Source of the DNA: Dehalococcoidales bacterium
GTDB taxonomy: Bacteria > Chloroflexota > Dehalococcoidia > Dehalococcoidales > RBG-16-60-22
Direction: 5' to 3'
NCBI GenBank assembly: GCA_050018395.1
Contig: JBEKAC010000002.1
Span: 600 to 64,599, forward strand
DNA: 64,000 bases
Each line of letters starts with the position of its first letter. Within the stretch, counting starts at the first letter, position 1. Position numbers and translations under genes: made by a program. The notes under the pieces are model-generated. The model was not told where the DNA came from. It worked only from the letters and a program-made list of their open reading frames with translations, and did not search any database. Positions 47,936 through 57,594 of this stretch are shown piece by piece.

Positions 47936-49744
47936 TTGCTGAGCAACGAAATCCTGCACCAGGTTATCCGCCCCGCCCGCTATACCGGCGGGGAATGGAA
48001 CAGCATCGTTAAAGACTGGGACGCCTCGCCCGTAAGGTTCGCCCTGGCTTACCCGGACAGCTATGAGCTGGGCATGTCCAACATGGCTATCCCCATCCTG
48101 TATGAAATCCTCAACCGCCAGGCGGACGCCCTTGCCGAGCGCGTTTACGCCCCTTGGGTGGACATGGAGGCGGCACTGCGGCAGAACGGCATCCCCCTCT
48201 TCAGCCTGGAAAGCCAGCGCCCGCTGAAGGACTTCAATATCATCGGGTTTTCGCTGGGGTACGAGCTGTGCTACACCAACGTGCTGAACATGCTCGAGCT
48301 GGCCGGCATCCCTGTTCTCGCGGCTGACCGGGGCGACGCCCATCCCCTGGTCATCGCCGGGGGCAGCGGCGCGCTCAACCCGGAACCGATGGCGGACTTC
48401 ATCGACGCCTTCGTCATCGGCGACGGCGAGGACGTCATCCTGGAATTTTTAGATGTGTACCGGGGGGAAAAAGGGCGGGGTAAAAAAGAGCTGCTCAAAA
48501 AGCTGGCGGCGGTCCCCGGCGTTTATGTGCCGAGTCTATATCATGTGGAATATCACGCTGACGGCCAGATAAAAAGCATTACCCCCACCGTCCCCGAAGC
48601 TAAAGCCAAAATCCAGCGCCGCCTGGTCACGAAGCTGCCCCCGCCGGTCGTCAAGCCCATCGTACCCTTTATCGAGATTACCCACGACCGCGGCGCCATC
48701 GAGGTGCAGCGCGGGTGCAGCCGCGGCTGCCGCTTTTGCCAGGCCGGGATGATTTACCGCCCCGTGCGCGAACGCCCCGTGGAAGAGGTCGTTAAAGCGG
48801 CCGGAGACATTATCGCCAACTGCGGCTACGACGAGCTTTCGCTGGTTTCCCTGAATACCTCCGATTATTCCGGAGTGGGGGAGCTGGTGGCGGGCCTCGT
48901 CAAGCGCTATCCCCGCCTGGCGATATCCCTGCCCAGCCTCCGCCTGGATAACTCTTCCGTCCGCCTGGTGGAAAGACTGCCCACGCGCAGCCGCACCGGC
49001 CTCACCTTCGCTCCTGAGGCCGGCAGTGAAAGGCTGCGGCGCGTTATCAACAAGACCGTGACGGACGCCAGCCTGCTGGAAACGGCTGCCATGGCTTTCG
49101 AGCGCGGCTGGACCAGCCTAAAGCTTTATTTTATGGTCGGCTTACCCACGGAAACTCTTGATGACGTGGCCGGCATCGTGACCCTGGTGGACCGGGTGCG
49201 GGCGGAGGGCAAAAAAGCCAGCGGCCGGAAGCCGATGATAAGGGTCAGCGTGGCCACCTTCGTGCCCAAGCCGCATACGCCTTTCCAGTGGAGTAAGCAG
49301 GCAGACGAGGAATCTTTGAAAATCAAGCAGGAGCTCCTGCAGAACGGGCTACAGCAGAAGGGCGTCCGGCTCTCCTGGAACGACCCCCGTATCAGCCTCA
49401 TCGAAGCTGCCATGTCCCGCGGCGACCGGCGTCTGGGCAAGGTCATTCTCCGCGCCCGGGAGCTCGGCTGCCGCTTCGATGCCTGGAGCGAACACTACAG
49501 CCATGAAAAATGGCTCCGCGCTTTTGCCGATAACGGTCTCGACCCCGCCTTTTATGCCTCCCGCGAACGCGCGCTGGATGAAATCCTGCCCTGGTCGCAC
49601 ATCGATGCGGGCGTCAGCGACGCGTTTTTAAAGCGGGAGTACCAGCGGGCGGTAGAAGAGCTGGAAACGCCGGACTGCCGTACCGGCGCCTGCTTCGCCT
49701 GCGGCCTGGAAAAAACGGAGGTCTGCCTTTCCAGGAAGGTATAG
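47936..49744 (+). CDS. Radical SAM protein (B12-binding-like N-domain; TIGR03960-like uncharacterised family)
   Basis: TTG start 6 nt after TGGAGG. N-terminus ILHQVIRPARYTGGEWNS. CxxxCxxC = CSRGCRFCQAG. Confidence 0.8.
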   Translation: MLSNEILHQVIRPARYTGGEWNSIVKDWDASPVRFALAYPDSYELGMSNMAIPILYEILNRQADALAERVYAPWVDMEAALRQNGIPLFSLESQRPLKDFNIIGFSLGYELCYTNVLNMLELAGIPVLAADRGDAHPLVIAGGSGALNPEPMADFIDAFVIGDGEDVILEFLDVYRGEKGRGKKELLKKLAAVPGVYVPSLYHVEYHADGQIKSITPTVPEAKAKIQRRLVTKLPPPVVKPIVPFIEITHDRGAIEVQRGCSRGCRFCQAGMIYRPVRERPVEEVVKAAGDIIANCGYDELSLVSLNTSDYSGVGELVAGLVKRYPRLAISLPSLRLDNSSVRLVERLPTRSRTGLTFAPEAGSERLRRVINKTVTDASLLETAAMAFERGWTSLKLYFMVGLPTETLDDVAGIVTLVDRVRAEGKKASGRKPMIRVSVATFVPKPHTPFQWSKQADEESLKIKQELLQNGLQQKGVRLSWNDPRISLIEAAMSRGDRRLGKVILRARELGCRFDAWSEHYSHEKWLRAFADNGLDPAFYASRERALDEILPWSHIDAGVSDAFLKREYQRAVEELETPDCRTGACFACGLEKTEVCLSRKV

Positions 49745-49924
49745 AACCATCACGTTTTTCTTGACACTCTGATTTTCCCACCCCGCCTCCAGATTCTTCG
49801 GTCGCTCTCACCTGCCAAAGTCTTATACGGCGAGCAGGTCGCTCCCTCAGAATGACAATCTAAACTTCATGAATTTTTTATGTCATGCTGAGTGCAACGA
49901 AGCATCTCGGCGTGGGGAAAAGAG

Positions 49925-49955
49925 CAATTGCGCAATTACGCAGTTACGCGCATGA
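49925..49955. repeat. Degenerate octamer tandem repeat (CAATTGCG CAATTACG CAGTTACG CGCATGA)
   Basis: Read directly. Contains the 12-nt palindrome AATTGCGCAATT. Confidence 0.85.
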
Positions 49956-49993
49956 GTAAAATCTCCCTTTATCCCTCCTTACGAAGGAGGGAC
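49951..49993. repeat. Second copy of the 38711 module
   Basis: CATGAGTAAAATCTCCCTTTATCCCTCCTTACGAAGGAGGGAC. Confidence 0.85.
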
Positions 49994-50054
49994 AATCTAT
50001 TTGTTGAAGAAAATGACATCGTCTCCCTTTTTTAAAGGGAGAGTGAGAGGGTTT

Positions 50055-50086
50055 TCTAAACAAAGAGGGGGCTTTTCGCCCCCTCT
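50055..50086 (-). terminator. Hairpin terminator after gyrA
   Basis: The minus strand reads AGAGGGGGC-GAAAA-GCCCCCTCT, then TTGTTTAG. Confidence 0.55.
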
Positions 50087-50121
50087 ATTCAGACTTCAAT
50101 TCTGGATTATATTTCTAAAGC

Positions 50122-52575
50122 CTAGTCTTCTTTCGTCTCTTCAAAGGCGGTAATCGCCACCAGCCGGTCACCCTCGTCCAGCGTCATCACCCGCACGCCC
50201 TGGGTGCTGCGTCCCTGGGTGGTGATGCCGTGCTTCGGGTCTTCCTCTTTTACCGGCGTGCGTGTCATCATGCCTTCCGCGGAGATAAGCATCACTTGAT
50301 GGCTCTCCGCTACTACCCTGGAGGCGGTCACGTCACCCGTTTTGTCGACGATCTTGAACGTCCGCACACCGCTGCCGGACCGGTGCTGCCTGGGATACTG
50401 GTCTACCGACGTCACCTTGCCATAGCCTTTCTCCGTCACCACCAGCACATAGCCGTCCGGGATGACCCGGTCCATGCTGATAATGCCGTCGCCCAGGGCC
50501 ACCTTCATGGCGCGTACGCCGCCGGAGGTCCGCGAGGCCGCCCGCAGGCTGGCCACGTCAAAGCGGATGGACTGCCCCTTGCGCGTTACCAGTAATATAT
50601 CGTCCTTGTCTTTGGCCAGGCAGACGGAGACCAGCTCGTCGCTAGGCGCCAGGTCCATGGCGATAAGCCCGCTGCTGCGTACTGCGGTGAACTTGTCCAC
50701 CGCCGTTTTCTTGATTTCGCCCAGCTTCGTGGCCATGATCATCGAGGTGCCGGGCATCAGCCCGGTGGTGGCCACCAGCGCGGTCACCCTCTCCCCCTCG
50801 GCGATGGACAGCAGGTTAATGATGGCCAACCCCTTCGAGGTACGGGTGCTGCCGGCCGGTATTTCGTGGCATTTCAGGTAAAATACCTTGCCCTTGTTGG
50901 TAAAGAAAAAGAGGTCATCGTGCGTATCGGCCACGGTGAGTATCATCACGGCGTCCTCTTCCCGGGTGACCTGCCCGATGATGCCCTTGCCGCCGCGGTG
51001 CTGGAGCACATAATACTTTGAAGGTATCCGCTTGATGAAGCCGCGGCTGCTCAAGGTGACGACGTCTCGCTCGTGGGGGATAAGGTCTTCCTCGGTAAAG
51101 TCCAGCTTGCCCTGCTCGAGGATTTCCGTGCGCCGCTTGTCGCCGTACTTCTGCTTGAGCTCGGTCACGTCCTGTTTAATCACGGCCAGGATGCGGCGCG
51201 GGCTGGCCAGCAGGTCTTCCAGGTAGGAGATGGTCTTGATGACCTCGGCGTACTCTTCCTCGATTTTCTGTCTTTCCAGGCTGGCCAGGCGCCTTAGCTG
51301 CATATCAAGTATGGCCTGCGCCTGAAGCGTAGAAAGACTGAATTGAGTCATGAGGTTCTTGCGCGCCGCTTCAGTGGTCTCGGACTCACGGATGCATTTA
51401 ATGACAGCGTCGATGTTATCCAGCGCTATTCTTAAGCCTTCCAAAATGTGGGCGCGGGCCTTGGCCTGTTTCAATTCAAACTTGGAGCGGCGGGTAATGA
51501 CGATTTTGCGGAAATCGATGTAAGCCTGCAGCGCTTCCTTAAGGCTGATGACCTTGGGCTGGCCGTCCACCAGTGCCAGCATGTTCACGAAGAACGATGT
51601 CTGCATGGCCGTATGCTTGAAGAGGTTATTGAGCACCTTTTCCGGCTGGGCATCTCTTTTAAGCTCGATGACGATGCGCATCCCCTGCCGGTCGGACTCG
51701 TCACGCAGGTCGCCGATGCCCTCGATTCTCTTGTCTTTAACCAGGTCGGCGATGTTCTCGATCAGGGCCGCTTTGTTCGTCTGGTACGGCAGCTCGCTGA
51801 CGATAATCTGCTGCTTGCCGCCGGCGCTGATGCTGGAGATATGCGCCTTGGCCCGCACCACCACCTTGCCGTGCCCGGTAGCGTAAGCGTTCTGGATGCC
51901 CTCCCGCCCCTGGATGATGCCGGCAGTGGGGAAATCCGGCCCTTTGACCACTTTGATCAGCTCATCGATGGTCACCTGCGGAGTATCGATGAGCAAAGCA
52001 ATAGCATCGCAGATTTCATTGAGGTTGTGCGGAGGAATATTGGTGGCCATGCCTACGGCGATGCCGGCGCTGCCGTTGAGGAGGAGATTAGGGAGACGGG
52101 CGGGCAGGACCGTGGGCTCCTTGAGGCTTTCATCATAGTTAGGCATGAAGTCGACGGTCTCTTTTTCAATGTCGACCAGCATTTCTTCAGCGATTTTCGA
52201 AAGCTTGGCCTCGGTATAACGCATCGCGGCCGGAGGGTCGGCGTCGACGCTGCCGAAGTTGCCCTGGCCGAAGATGAGCGGGTAGCGCATGGAAAATTCC
52301 TGGGCCAGGCGCACCATGGCGTCGTAGATGGCGGTATCGCCGTGCGGGTGGTACTTGCCCATCACCTCGCCGACGATGAGGGCGCTTTTGCGGGTCGGCC
52401 CGCTGAAACGCAGGTTCATATCGTTCATGGCATAAAGAATGCGCCGCTGCACCGGCTTGAGCCCGTCTCTCACGTCCGGCAGCGCCCGGGCCACGATGAC
52501 GCTCATCGCATAATCGAGGTAAGAGCCCCGCATTTCGTCTTCTATATTTACAGGCTTCACTGTTCCTGTTACCAT
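50122..52575 (-). CDS. gyrA: DNA gyrase subunit A
   Basis: [34 protein letters not shown], and a C-terminal beta-pinwheel. 817 aa. Confidence 0.97.
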   Translation of the reverse strand: MVTGTVKPVNIEDEMRGSYLDYAMSVIVARALPDVRDGLKPVQRRILYAMNDMNLRFSGPTRKSALIVGEVMGKYHPHGDTAIYDAMVRLAQEFSMRYPLIFGQGNFGSVDADPPAAMRYTEAKLSKIAEEMLVDIEKETVDFMPNYDESLKEPTVLPARLPNLLLNGSAGIAVGMATNIPPHNLNEICDAIALLIDTPQVTIDELIKVVKGPDFPTAGIIQGREGIQNAYATGHGKVVVRAKAHISSISAGGKQQIIVSELPYQTNKAALIENIADLVKDKRIEGIGDLRDESDRQGMRIVIELKRDAQPEKVLNNLFKHTAMQTSFFVNMLALVDGQPKVISLKEALQAYIDFRKIVITRRSKFELKQAKARAHILEGLRIALDNIDAVIKCIRESETTEAARKNLMTQFSLSTLQAQAILDMQLRRLASLERQKIEEEYAEVIKTISYLEDLLASPRRILAVIKQDVTELKQKYGDKRRTEILEQGKLDFTEEDLIPHERDVVTLSSRGFIKRIPSKYYVLQHRGGKGIIGQVTREEDAVMILTVADTHDDLFFFTNKGKVFYLKCHEIPAGSTRTSKGLAIINLLSIAEGERVTALVATTGLMPGTSMIMATKLGEIKKTAVDKFTAVRSSGLIAMDLAPSDELVSVCLAKDKDDILLVTRKGQSIRFDVASLRAASRTSGGVRAMKVALGDGIISMDRVIPDGYVLVVTEKGYGKVTSVDQYPRQHRSGSGVRTFKIVDKTGDVTASRVVAESHQVMLISAEGMMTRTPVKEEDPKHGITTQGRSTQGVRVMTLDEGDRLVAITAFEETKED

Positions 52576-52590
52576 CGGTTGTAATGCCCC

Positions 52591-53394
52591 CTATTCGTCG
52601 TCGTTTCCGGTATCGTCGTTCGTTTCTTCCGCGTCCTCCGGCATCACTTCCACCTCGTCCCCGCCGATAATCGTATAACCGGATTCGTCCTCTTCCTCGC
52701 CGGCGGATTCCACTTTCAAGAGCTTATCACTGGCGTAAGGCCGGAACTCGTCCATGCCTTTCGGCGAGAAGGACAGCTTGCCGGCCTGGCTGGGATGCTG
52801 GAAGGTCTCCCGCACCATCACCGTCATACCTTCCGCGGTGGATTTAACCACTACCGCCGAGTATTTGTTACCGCCTAACATCAACCTCACCAGACGCTGC
52901 CCCCGCCTGGGCTCCACCTTGCCCAAATATTCACCCCGCCCGTTTTCCACCACCATGGAGGAGCCTTCGACCCTGACCAGAGCTTTGTCCCCGGCCACCG
53001 TCAGGGCGCGTTTTTCTTTTTGCGCCAGTTCCACCAGCGTCACCACACCCGCCTTGCCGATTTCCTCGATGAATTGCTCCGGCTCGACCTTGTCGGTCTC
53101 GACTTCCGTCTTACCCGCGTCCTTCAGGTCGTTCAGGCGCCGCAGGTTGCGGTTGGCGATGGCGTTATAGGGGTCCAGCTTGACCGCCTGGTTGTAATAT
53201 TCCCGCGAAAGCTTGAACTGGCCCAGCTCCAGGTAAGCCCGGCCGAGGCGGTTGAGCGTATCCACATCCTCCGGAAAAGTGGCCAGGATTTCTTTGTTCA
53301 CGCCCACGGCTTCCTGCCATTTGGCCTGCATCGCCAGGTCGATGGCTTCTTTGCTGCGCTGCTCTTTATATCTCATCTGTTTTTCGTCAATCAT
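52591..53394 (-). CDS. TPR-repeat protein with acidic C-terminal tail
   Basis: TPR-like LNRLGRAYLELGQFKLSREYYNQAVKLDPYN. Lies 15 nt upstream of gyrA. Confidence 0.6.
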   Translation of the reverse strand: MIDEKQMRYKEQRSKEAIDLAMQAKWQEAVGVNKEILATFPEDVDTLNRLGRAYLELGQFKLSREYYNQAVKLDPYNAIANRNLRRLNDLKDAGKTEVETDKVEPEQFIEEIGKAGVVTLVELAQKEKRALTVAGDKALVRVEGSSMVVENGRGEYLGKVEPRRGQRLVRLMLGGNKYSAVVVKSTAEGMTVMVRETFQHPSQAGKLSFSPKGMDEFRPYASDKLLKVESAGEEEDESGYTIIGGDEVEVMPEDAEETNDDTGNDDE

Positions 53395-53560
53395 ATTTAT
53401 CCCCGGAAAATGTCATTTTAGATAAACTATTCTACATCAGTGAAATCGGGCTTACAAGAGAAATCGGCCATAAAATGCGCCCTGTTTGACAAATAGGACC
53501 GTTACCAGATACAATTTACATTAGAGGCCTTTCATAAATTTTAAAGGAGTTTAGTCTAAA

Positions 53561-53779
53561 ATGCAAGAAAAAGTGAAGGAAGTCCTGGATAAAGTCCGCC
53601 CGTACCTGGTGCGCGATGGCGGCAACGTAGAACTGGTGGCGGTTGAAGGTGGAACCGTTAAAGTAAAACTCGTCGGCGCCTGCGCCGGCTGTCCCATGTC
53701 CAAGTTGACCCTGAAAAACGGCATCGAGAAGATACTCAAGCAGGAAGTCCCGGAAGTTAAAGAAGTAATTGCCGTTTAA
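53561..53779 (+). CDS. NifU C-terminal-domain (Nfu-type) Fe-S scaffold protein
   Basis: 72 aa. [14 protein letters not shown] and GACAGCPMS. Confidence 0.85.
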   Translation: MQEKVKEVLDKVRPYLVRDGGNVELVAVEGGTVKVKLVGACAGCPMSKLTLKNGIEKILKQEVPEVKEVIAV

Positions 53780-53808
53780 CGGTCGTTAAAAAAACCTGAT
53801 AATAAATA

Positions 53809-53847
53809 ACCCCCTTCGTCGGCCCGGGCGGAAGGGGGTTTTTATTT
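53809..53847 (+). terminator. Rho-independent terminator
   Basis: ACCCCCTTC...GAAGGGGGT followed by TTTTTATTT. Confidence 0.8.
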
Positions 53848-53870
53848 AGCAGCGGGGTAATGGGGAGGGG

Positions 53871-53905
53871 ATTTGAGATTTAGCATTTGGTATTTAGAAT
53901 TTATC
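53871..53905. repeat. Degenerate heptamer tandem repeat (ATTTGAG ATTTAGC ATTTGGT ATTTAGA ATTTATC)
   Basis: Read directly from the sequence. Confidence 0.9.
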
Positions 53906-53907
53906 TA

Positions 53908-55128
53908 TTAGGTCTCTTTATCCAGCTCGAAAGCCTTGTGCAAAGCCCGCACGGCGTCTTTAATCCTGGATTCTTCGATGATGCAGGTTATCCTGATCTC
54001 GGACGTCGTAATCAGCTGGATGTTAATGCCCTCTTTGGAGAGCGTATCGAACATGCGGGCGGCGTAGCCCGGCGCGTTCTGCATGCCGGTGCCGATAATG
54101 CTTATTTTCCCCAGGTGGGCGTCGCCGACGCACTGGGTAGCGCCGATGGATTCCGCGATGGGCGCAACCACCGCCATCGCCACGTCCAGCTGCCCCCGGG
54201 TTACCGTAAAAGTAAGGTCGGTGATATTTTGAATACTGGCGTTCTGCACGATGGTGTCGATGCTGATGCCGGCTTCCGCCAGGGGCACGAAGATGCCGGC
54301 GGCGATGCCGGGATGGTCCGGAACGCCAACGATGGTTATCTTGGCGACATCAAGGTCCTGGGCGATGCCTCTTACTTTGTTGCGTATTTCCATAGACACC
54401 TCTTTGTGAATTAGCGTACCGGGATTTTCATTAAAGCTGGACGCCACCAGCAGCGTGACGTTATACAGCTCGGCCAGCTCGACGGCGCGGGGCTGGATGG
54501 CTTTGAAGCCGTAGGTCACCATCTCCAGCATTTCATCGTAACTGATATCTTTTAACTTGCGGGCTTCCTGGAGGAGCCGCGGGTCGGTCGAATATATACC
54601 GTCGACGTCCGTGTAGCGCTCACAGCGCTCGGCTTTGAGCGAGGCCGCCAGGGCCACGGCGCTTAGGTCGGAGGCGCCCCTGCCCAGCGTGGTCACGTCC
54701 ATGTCCTCGGTCACGCCCTGGAACCCCGCCACGACGACGATATTACCTTTTTCCAGCTCCTCGACCACCCGCTGGGATTCCACCTTGACGATGCGCGCCT
54801 GCCGGTAGGCAGTGTCCGTACGGATGCCGGCCTGGGCGCCGCTCAGGCTGATGGCGCGAAAGCCCATACCGTGGATGGCCATCGTCAAAAGGCTGGAGGA
54901 TACCAGTTCGCCGGTGGAGACCAGGGCGTCCAGCTCCCGCTTGTCCGGGAACTCGTTGATCTGATAGGCCAGCTGGATGAGCTCGTCGGTGGTGTCCCCC
55001 ATGGCGGAAACGACCACCACCACCTGATTGCCGGCCTCGTAGGTCTTGACGATGCGCCGCGCCACGTTCTTGATTTTGGCCGCGTCCGCCACCGAGGAGC
55101 CGCCGTATTTCTGCACAATTAAAGACAT
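53908..55128 (-). CDS. lysC: Aspartate kinase
   Basis: MSLIVQKYGGSSV, VVVVSAMGDTTD, and two C-terminal ACT domains. 406 aa. Confidence 0.93.
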   Translation of the reverse strand: MSLIVQKYGGSSVADAAKIKNVARRIVKTYEAGNQVVVVVSAMGDTTDELIQLAYQINEFPDKRELDALVSTGELVSSSLLTMAIHGMGFRAISLSGAQAGIRTDTAYRQARIVKVESQRVVEELEKGNIVVVAGFQGVTEDMDVTTLGRGASDLSAVALAASLKAERCERYTDVDGIYSTDPRLLQEARKLKDISYDEMLEMVTYGFKAIQPRAVELAELYNVTLLVASSFNENPGTLIHKEVSMEIRNKVRGIAQDLDVAKITIVGVPDHPGIAAGIFVPLAEAGISIDTIVQNASIQNITDLTFTVTRGQLDVAMAVVAPIAESIGATQCVGDAHLGKISIIGTGMQNAPGYAARMFDTLSKEGINIQLITTSEIRITCIIEESRIKDAVRALHKAFELDKET

Positions 55129-55141
55129 TTGCTTAAATCCT

Positions 55142-55173
55142 CATTTACTCAATTGCGCAACTGCGCAGTAAGT
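55142..55173. repeat. Degenerate octamer tandem repeat (CATTTACT CAATTGCG CAACTGCG CAGTAAGT)
   Basis: Read directly. Lies 14-45 nt upstream of the lysC start. Confidence 0.85.
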
Positions 55174-55186
55174 CTTTTAGTTAACA

Positions 55187-55207
55187 GTTTACGGTTTACG
55201 GTTTACA
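55187..55207. repeat. Heptamer tandem repeat (GTTTACG GTTTACG GTTTACA)
   Basis: Read directly from the sequence. Confidence 0.9.
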
Positions 55208-55225
55208 GTACCTCTCCCATATACC

Positions 55226-55260
55226 CAGGACTGCGCAATTGCGCAGGTACTCTTTTGCGT
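55226..55260. repeat. Degenerate octamer tandem repeat (CAGGACTG CGCAATTG CGCAGGTA CTCTTTTG)
   Basis: Read directly. Contains the palindrome GCGCAATTGCGC. Confidence 0.8.
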
Positions 55261-55269
55261 ATTGGCGCT

Positions 55270-56454
55270 TTACTTCCCCACCAGTTTCCCCATTATTTTA
55301 TATGCTTCGGGCATAAAAATGCCAGTCGCTCTGGCTGCCGCCTCGGTAAATCTTTTAGCGCCGCCGGCTTTTATACCCTTGCCCCACATCAGGAATGGCA
55401 CCGGCTCACCGATATGGGTGCGGACGGTCAGCGGCGTGGGATGGTCCGGCATGACCAGCACGCGCAGGTCGCCTTTAAAGTTACGCAGGCGGGAGACTAC
55501 CTCTTTATCCACTTTTTCAATGGCTTTTATTTTTTCCTCGATAAGCCCGCCGTGTCCCGCTTCGTCGGCCGCCTCGATATGCACTACCACGAGGTCGTTT
55601 TTCTTTAAAGCTTCCAAAGCGCCGGCCGCCTGCCCGGCGTCGTCGCTATCCGGCCCGTCCGTCACGCCTTTGATATCCAGTATTGCCATGTCGGCCATCA
55701 TCGCCAGGCCCCGCAGCAGGTCCACGCCGGAAGTCATCGCGGCGGCCAGGCCGTACTCTTTTCTAAAGGCGGGCATGGGCGGCACCTGCCCGCTGCCCCA
55801 GAAAAGCCAGATAGTGGTAACGGGCAGCTCGCCCCGCTCACGGCGCGCCACGTTGATTTTGCTGCTTCTCATCACGGTTTCAGAACGCGCCATGAAGTCT
55901 TTCAGCAGGTCGCTGCCCGGCCCCTGCGGCAGAAAGCCCGCGACGGGCTTACCGGGGATATCGTGGGGCGGGGTGCATTTTGCATCGAGAGTCTCCGGGT
56001 GCCCCTTGATTTTCAGGATGTGCCGGAAACTGACGCCGGGGTAGAAAATGATGTCCTCCCCGCCGATTTTTTCATTAAGCGCTTTTATAATTTCCGCGGC
56101 TTCCGCGGTGGGGATATGCCCGGCGCTATAGTCTTTCATTTTACCATCGGTGACGTTGACCAGGTTGCAGCGGAAAACCGCTTCATCTTTGGCGATGTCT
56201 ATTCCCATGCTTTTAGCCTCGATGGAAGCACGGCCTTTATAATAAATGACCGGGTTATAACCCATCACGGACATACAGGCGCAGGCGCTGCTCGGCTCCA
56301 TGCCCGGCGGCACGGTTTGCGCCAGCCCCAGCGTCCCTCCCGCCACCATGGCATCCAGGTTGGGGGTACGCGCCGCCTCCAGGCTGGTCCGGCCGCCTTT
56401 TTCCGGCACCGGCAACCCCGCCGCTCCGTCGATAATCAAAACGATGTATTTCAT
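55270..56454 (-). CDS. Cofactor-independent phosphoglycerate mutase-like protein (archaeal ApgM type; possibly the proposed alternative homoserine kinase)
   Basis: MKYIVLIIDGAAG...RTPNLD...MEPSSACA...HIEAADEAGH. Adjacent to and co-directional with aspartate kinase. Confidence 0.75.
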   Translation of the reverse strand: MKYIVLIIDGAAGLPVPEKGGRTSLEAARTPNLDAMVAGGTLGLAQTVPPGMEPSSACACMSVMGYNPVIYYKGRASIEAKSMGIDIAKDEAVFRCNLVNVTDGKMKDYSAGHIPTAEAAEIIKALNEKIGGEDIIFYPGVSFRHILKIKGHPETLDAKCTPPHDIPGKPVAGFLPQGPGSDLLKDFMARSETVMRSSKINVARRERGELPVTTIWLFWGSGQVPPMPAFRKEYGLAAAMTSGVDLLRGLAMMADMAILDIKGVTDGPDSDDAGQAAGALEALKKNDLVVVHIEAADEAGHGGLIEEKIKAIEKVDKEVVSRLRNFKGDLRVLVMPDHPTPLTVRTHIGEPVPFLMWGKGIKAGGAKRFTEAAARATGIFMPEAYKIMGKLVGK

Positions 56455-56464
56455 ATTATTTACT

Positions 56465-56496
56465 CATTTGCGCAAATGCGCTGTTACGCATTTACT
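56465..56496. repeat. Degenerate octamer tandem repeat (CATTTGCG CAAATGCG CTGTTACG CATTTACT)
   Basis: Read directly. Contains the palindrome ATTTGCGCAAAT. Lies 11-42 nt upstream of the 56454 start. Confidence 0.85.
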
Positions 56497-56583
56497 CTTT
56501 TACCGGGTATTGTTCCTTTTTTCCCGCTAAATGGTTTGACATTCAATCCCGTCTAACCTAAAATATCTAGGTTGCCTCCGTTC

Positions 56584-56618
56584 ATTTTTGAGATTTGATT
56601 TTTAATCTTTGAGATTTC
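56584..56618. repeat. Heptamer tract of the AAATCTCA family (inverse orientation)
   Basis: ATTTTTGAGATTTGATTTTTAATCTTTGAGATTTC, ending 3 nt before tRNA-Pro. Confidence 0.85.
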
Positions 56619-56620
56619 AT

Positions 56621-56699
56621 CGGGGCGTAGCGCAGCTTGGTTTAGCGCGCAGCGTTCGGGACGCTGAGGTCGGTGGTTCAAATCCACTCGCCCCGACCA
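56621..56699 (+). tRNA. tRNA-Pro (anticodon CGG), CCA encoded
   Basis: Manual cloverleaf: acceptor CGGGGCG/CGCCCCG, D arm GCGC..GCGC, anticodon stem CAGCG/CGCTG with loop TTCGGGA, T arm GGTGG-TTCAAAT-CCACT, discriminator A, then CCA. Confidence 0.9.
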
Positions 56700-56707
56700 T
56701 TAATCCC

Positions 56708-56980
56708 TTAAAGATTACGGTAGGTTTTCTCACTACGACGGGCTATTCTTTTAATGTAAACGATCCTGTACTCACTATCAACAGAGTAAATGATTCTAAA
56801 ATCCCTAACCCTAATCTTATAAAGATTCTCTTTATATGTTCCGCGTAATGAAACTGATCTGTTCGGCCATGGCTCTTCTTCAAGTGAATCAACAACCGCG
56901 GAGATAGCTTTAAAATTACTGGAATTTAGGCGTAGAACAGCCTTTTCCGCTTCGCGGCTAAAGACAATTTTGTATTTCAT
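56708..56980 (-). CDS. RelE/ParE-family type II toxin
   Basis: 90 aa. MKYKIVFSREAEKAVLRL...YKIRVRDFRIIYSVD...IVYIKRIARRSEKTY. Confidence 0.85.
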   Translation of the reverse strand: MKYKIVFSREAEKAVLRLNSSNFKAISAVVDSLEEEPWPNRSVSLRGTYKENLYKIRVRDFRIIYSVDSEYRIVYIKRIARRSEKTYRNL

Positions 56981-57255
56981 CCCTGTTTATAGTTTTCTTT
57001 CCATTTGCCCTTAACTTCTTCCCAGGGAATAGATTGATTTCCTTCTTTTTCAGCTTCCTGGATAGCCCGAATATCCTCATCATCTTCCAGCATTTCAAGG
57101 ACGGCTTCCCGGATTAGATTGGCCATCGAGGTCCGCCGCTCGTACGCAAGGCGCCGCAACTCCTCATGATGTTCTTCAGTTAAAAAAATGGTTGTTCTTT
57201 TCAGATTAGATTTGTTCTTATCTTTAGCCTTAGCCTTAGTTAATGTCATCGCCAT
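56977..57255 (-). CDS. RHH (CopG-type) antitoxin
   Basis: RTTIFLTEEHHEELRRLAYERRTSMANLIREAV. 4-nt overlap with the toxin gene. The start is ambiguous (57276, 57255 or 57249). Confidence 0.8.
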   Translation of the reverse strand: MAMTLTKAKAKDKNKSNLKRTTIFLTEEHHEELRRLAYERRTSMANLIREAVLEMLEDDEDIRAIQEAEKEGNQSIPWEEVKGKWKENYKQG

Positions 57256-57283
57256 CACCCCCTTTTGACACATCATAACATAT

Positions 57284-57307
57284 AAACATATATATGTCTA
57301 TATGTTT
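57284..57307. promoter_or_regulatory. Perfect 9-bp inverted repeat AAACATATA-N6-TATATGTTT; candidate TA operator
   Basis: Lies immediately upstream of the antitoxin gene. Confidence 0.4.
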
Positions 57308-57594
57308 ATTATCTAGTTGAGAAGAAATCCACTCGCCCCGACCATTCAAAGTACCGGCCCTTTCTCCTGTCATCTCCTTGACACCATTTTACCCGGGACT
57401 TATCATTCTCCAGAGGCACCTCGTATGAAAACCTTCGGGCTTGTCTTATGCGTTCTCGGCTTTTTTATACCTGTCATTTTACCTGAATCCCTCGACGTTA
57501 ATGAAACGCCGGCGCCTTAGTATCTATATGGCCATCGGTCCGACGCTGATTAATATCGGGCTTTTATTATGGCGCTTCTCTTGAAATCTTCCCC

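Larger units (their letters stand above)
56702..57346. mobile_element. Integrase-less islet at the tRNA-Pro 3' end, bounded by a 22-bp direct repeat
   Basis: AAATCCACTCGCCCCGACCATT occurs at 56680..56701 (tRNA 3' end) and again at 57325..57346. The interior is AT-rich and carries only a TA pair. Confidence 0.7.

Noticed and set aside
57317-57520. 67-aa ORF 57317..57520
   Set aside because: Its 5' part is a translation of the duplicated tRNA 3'-end repeat. Only a short hydrophobic tail (from ATG 57426) could be real, and there is no supporting evidence.
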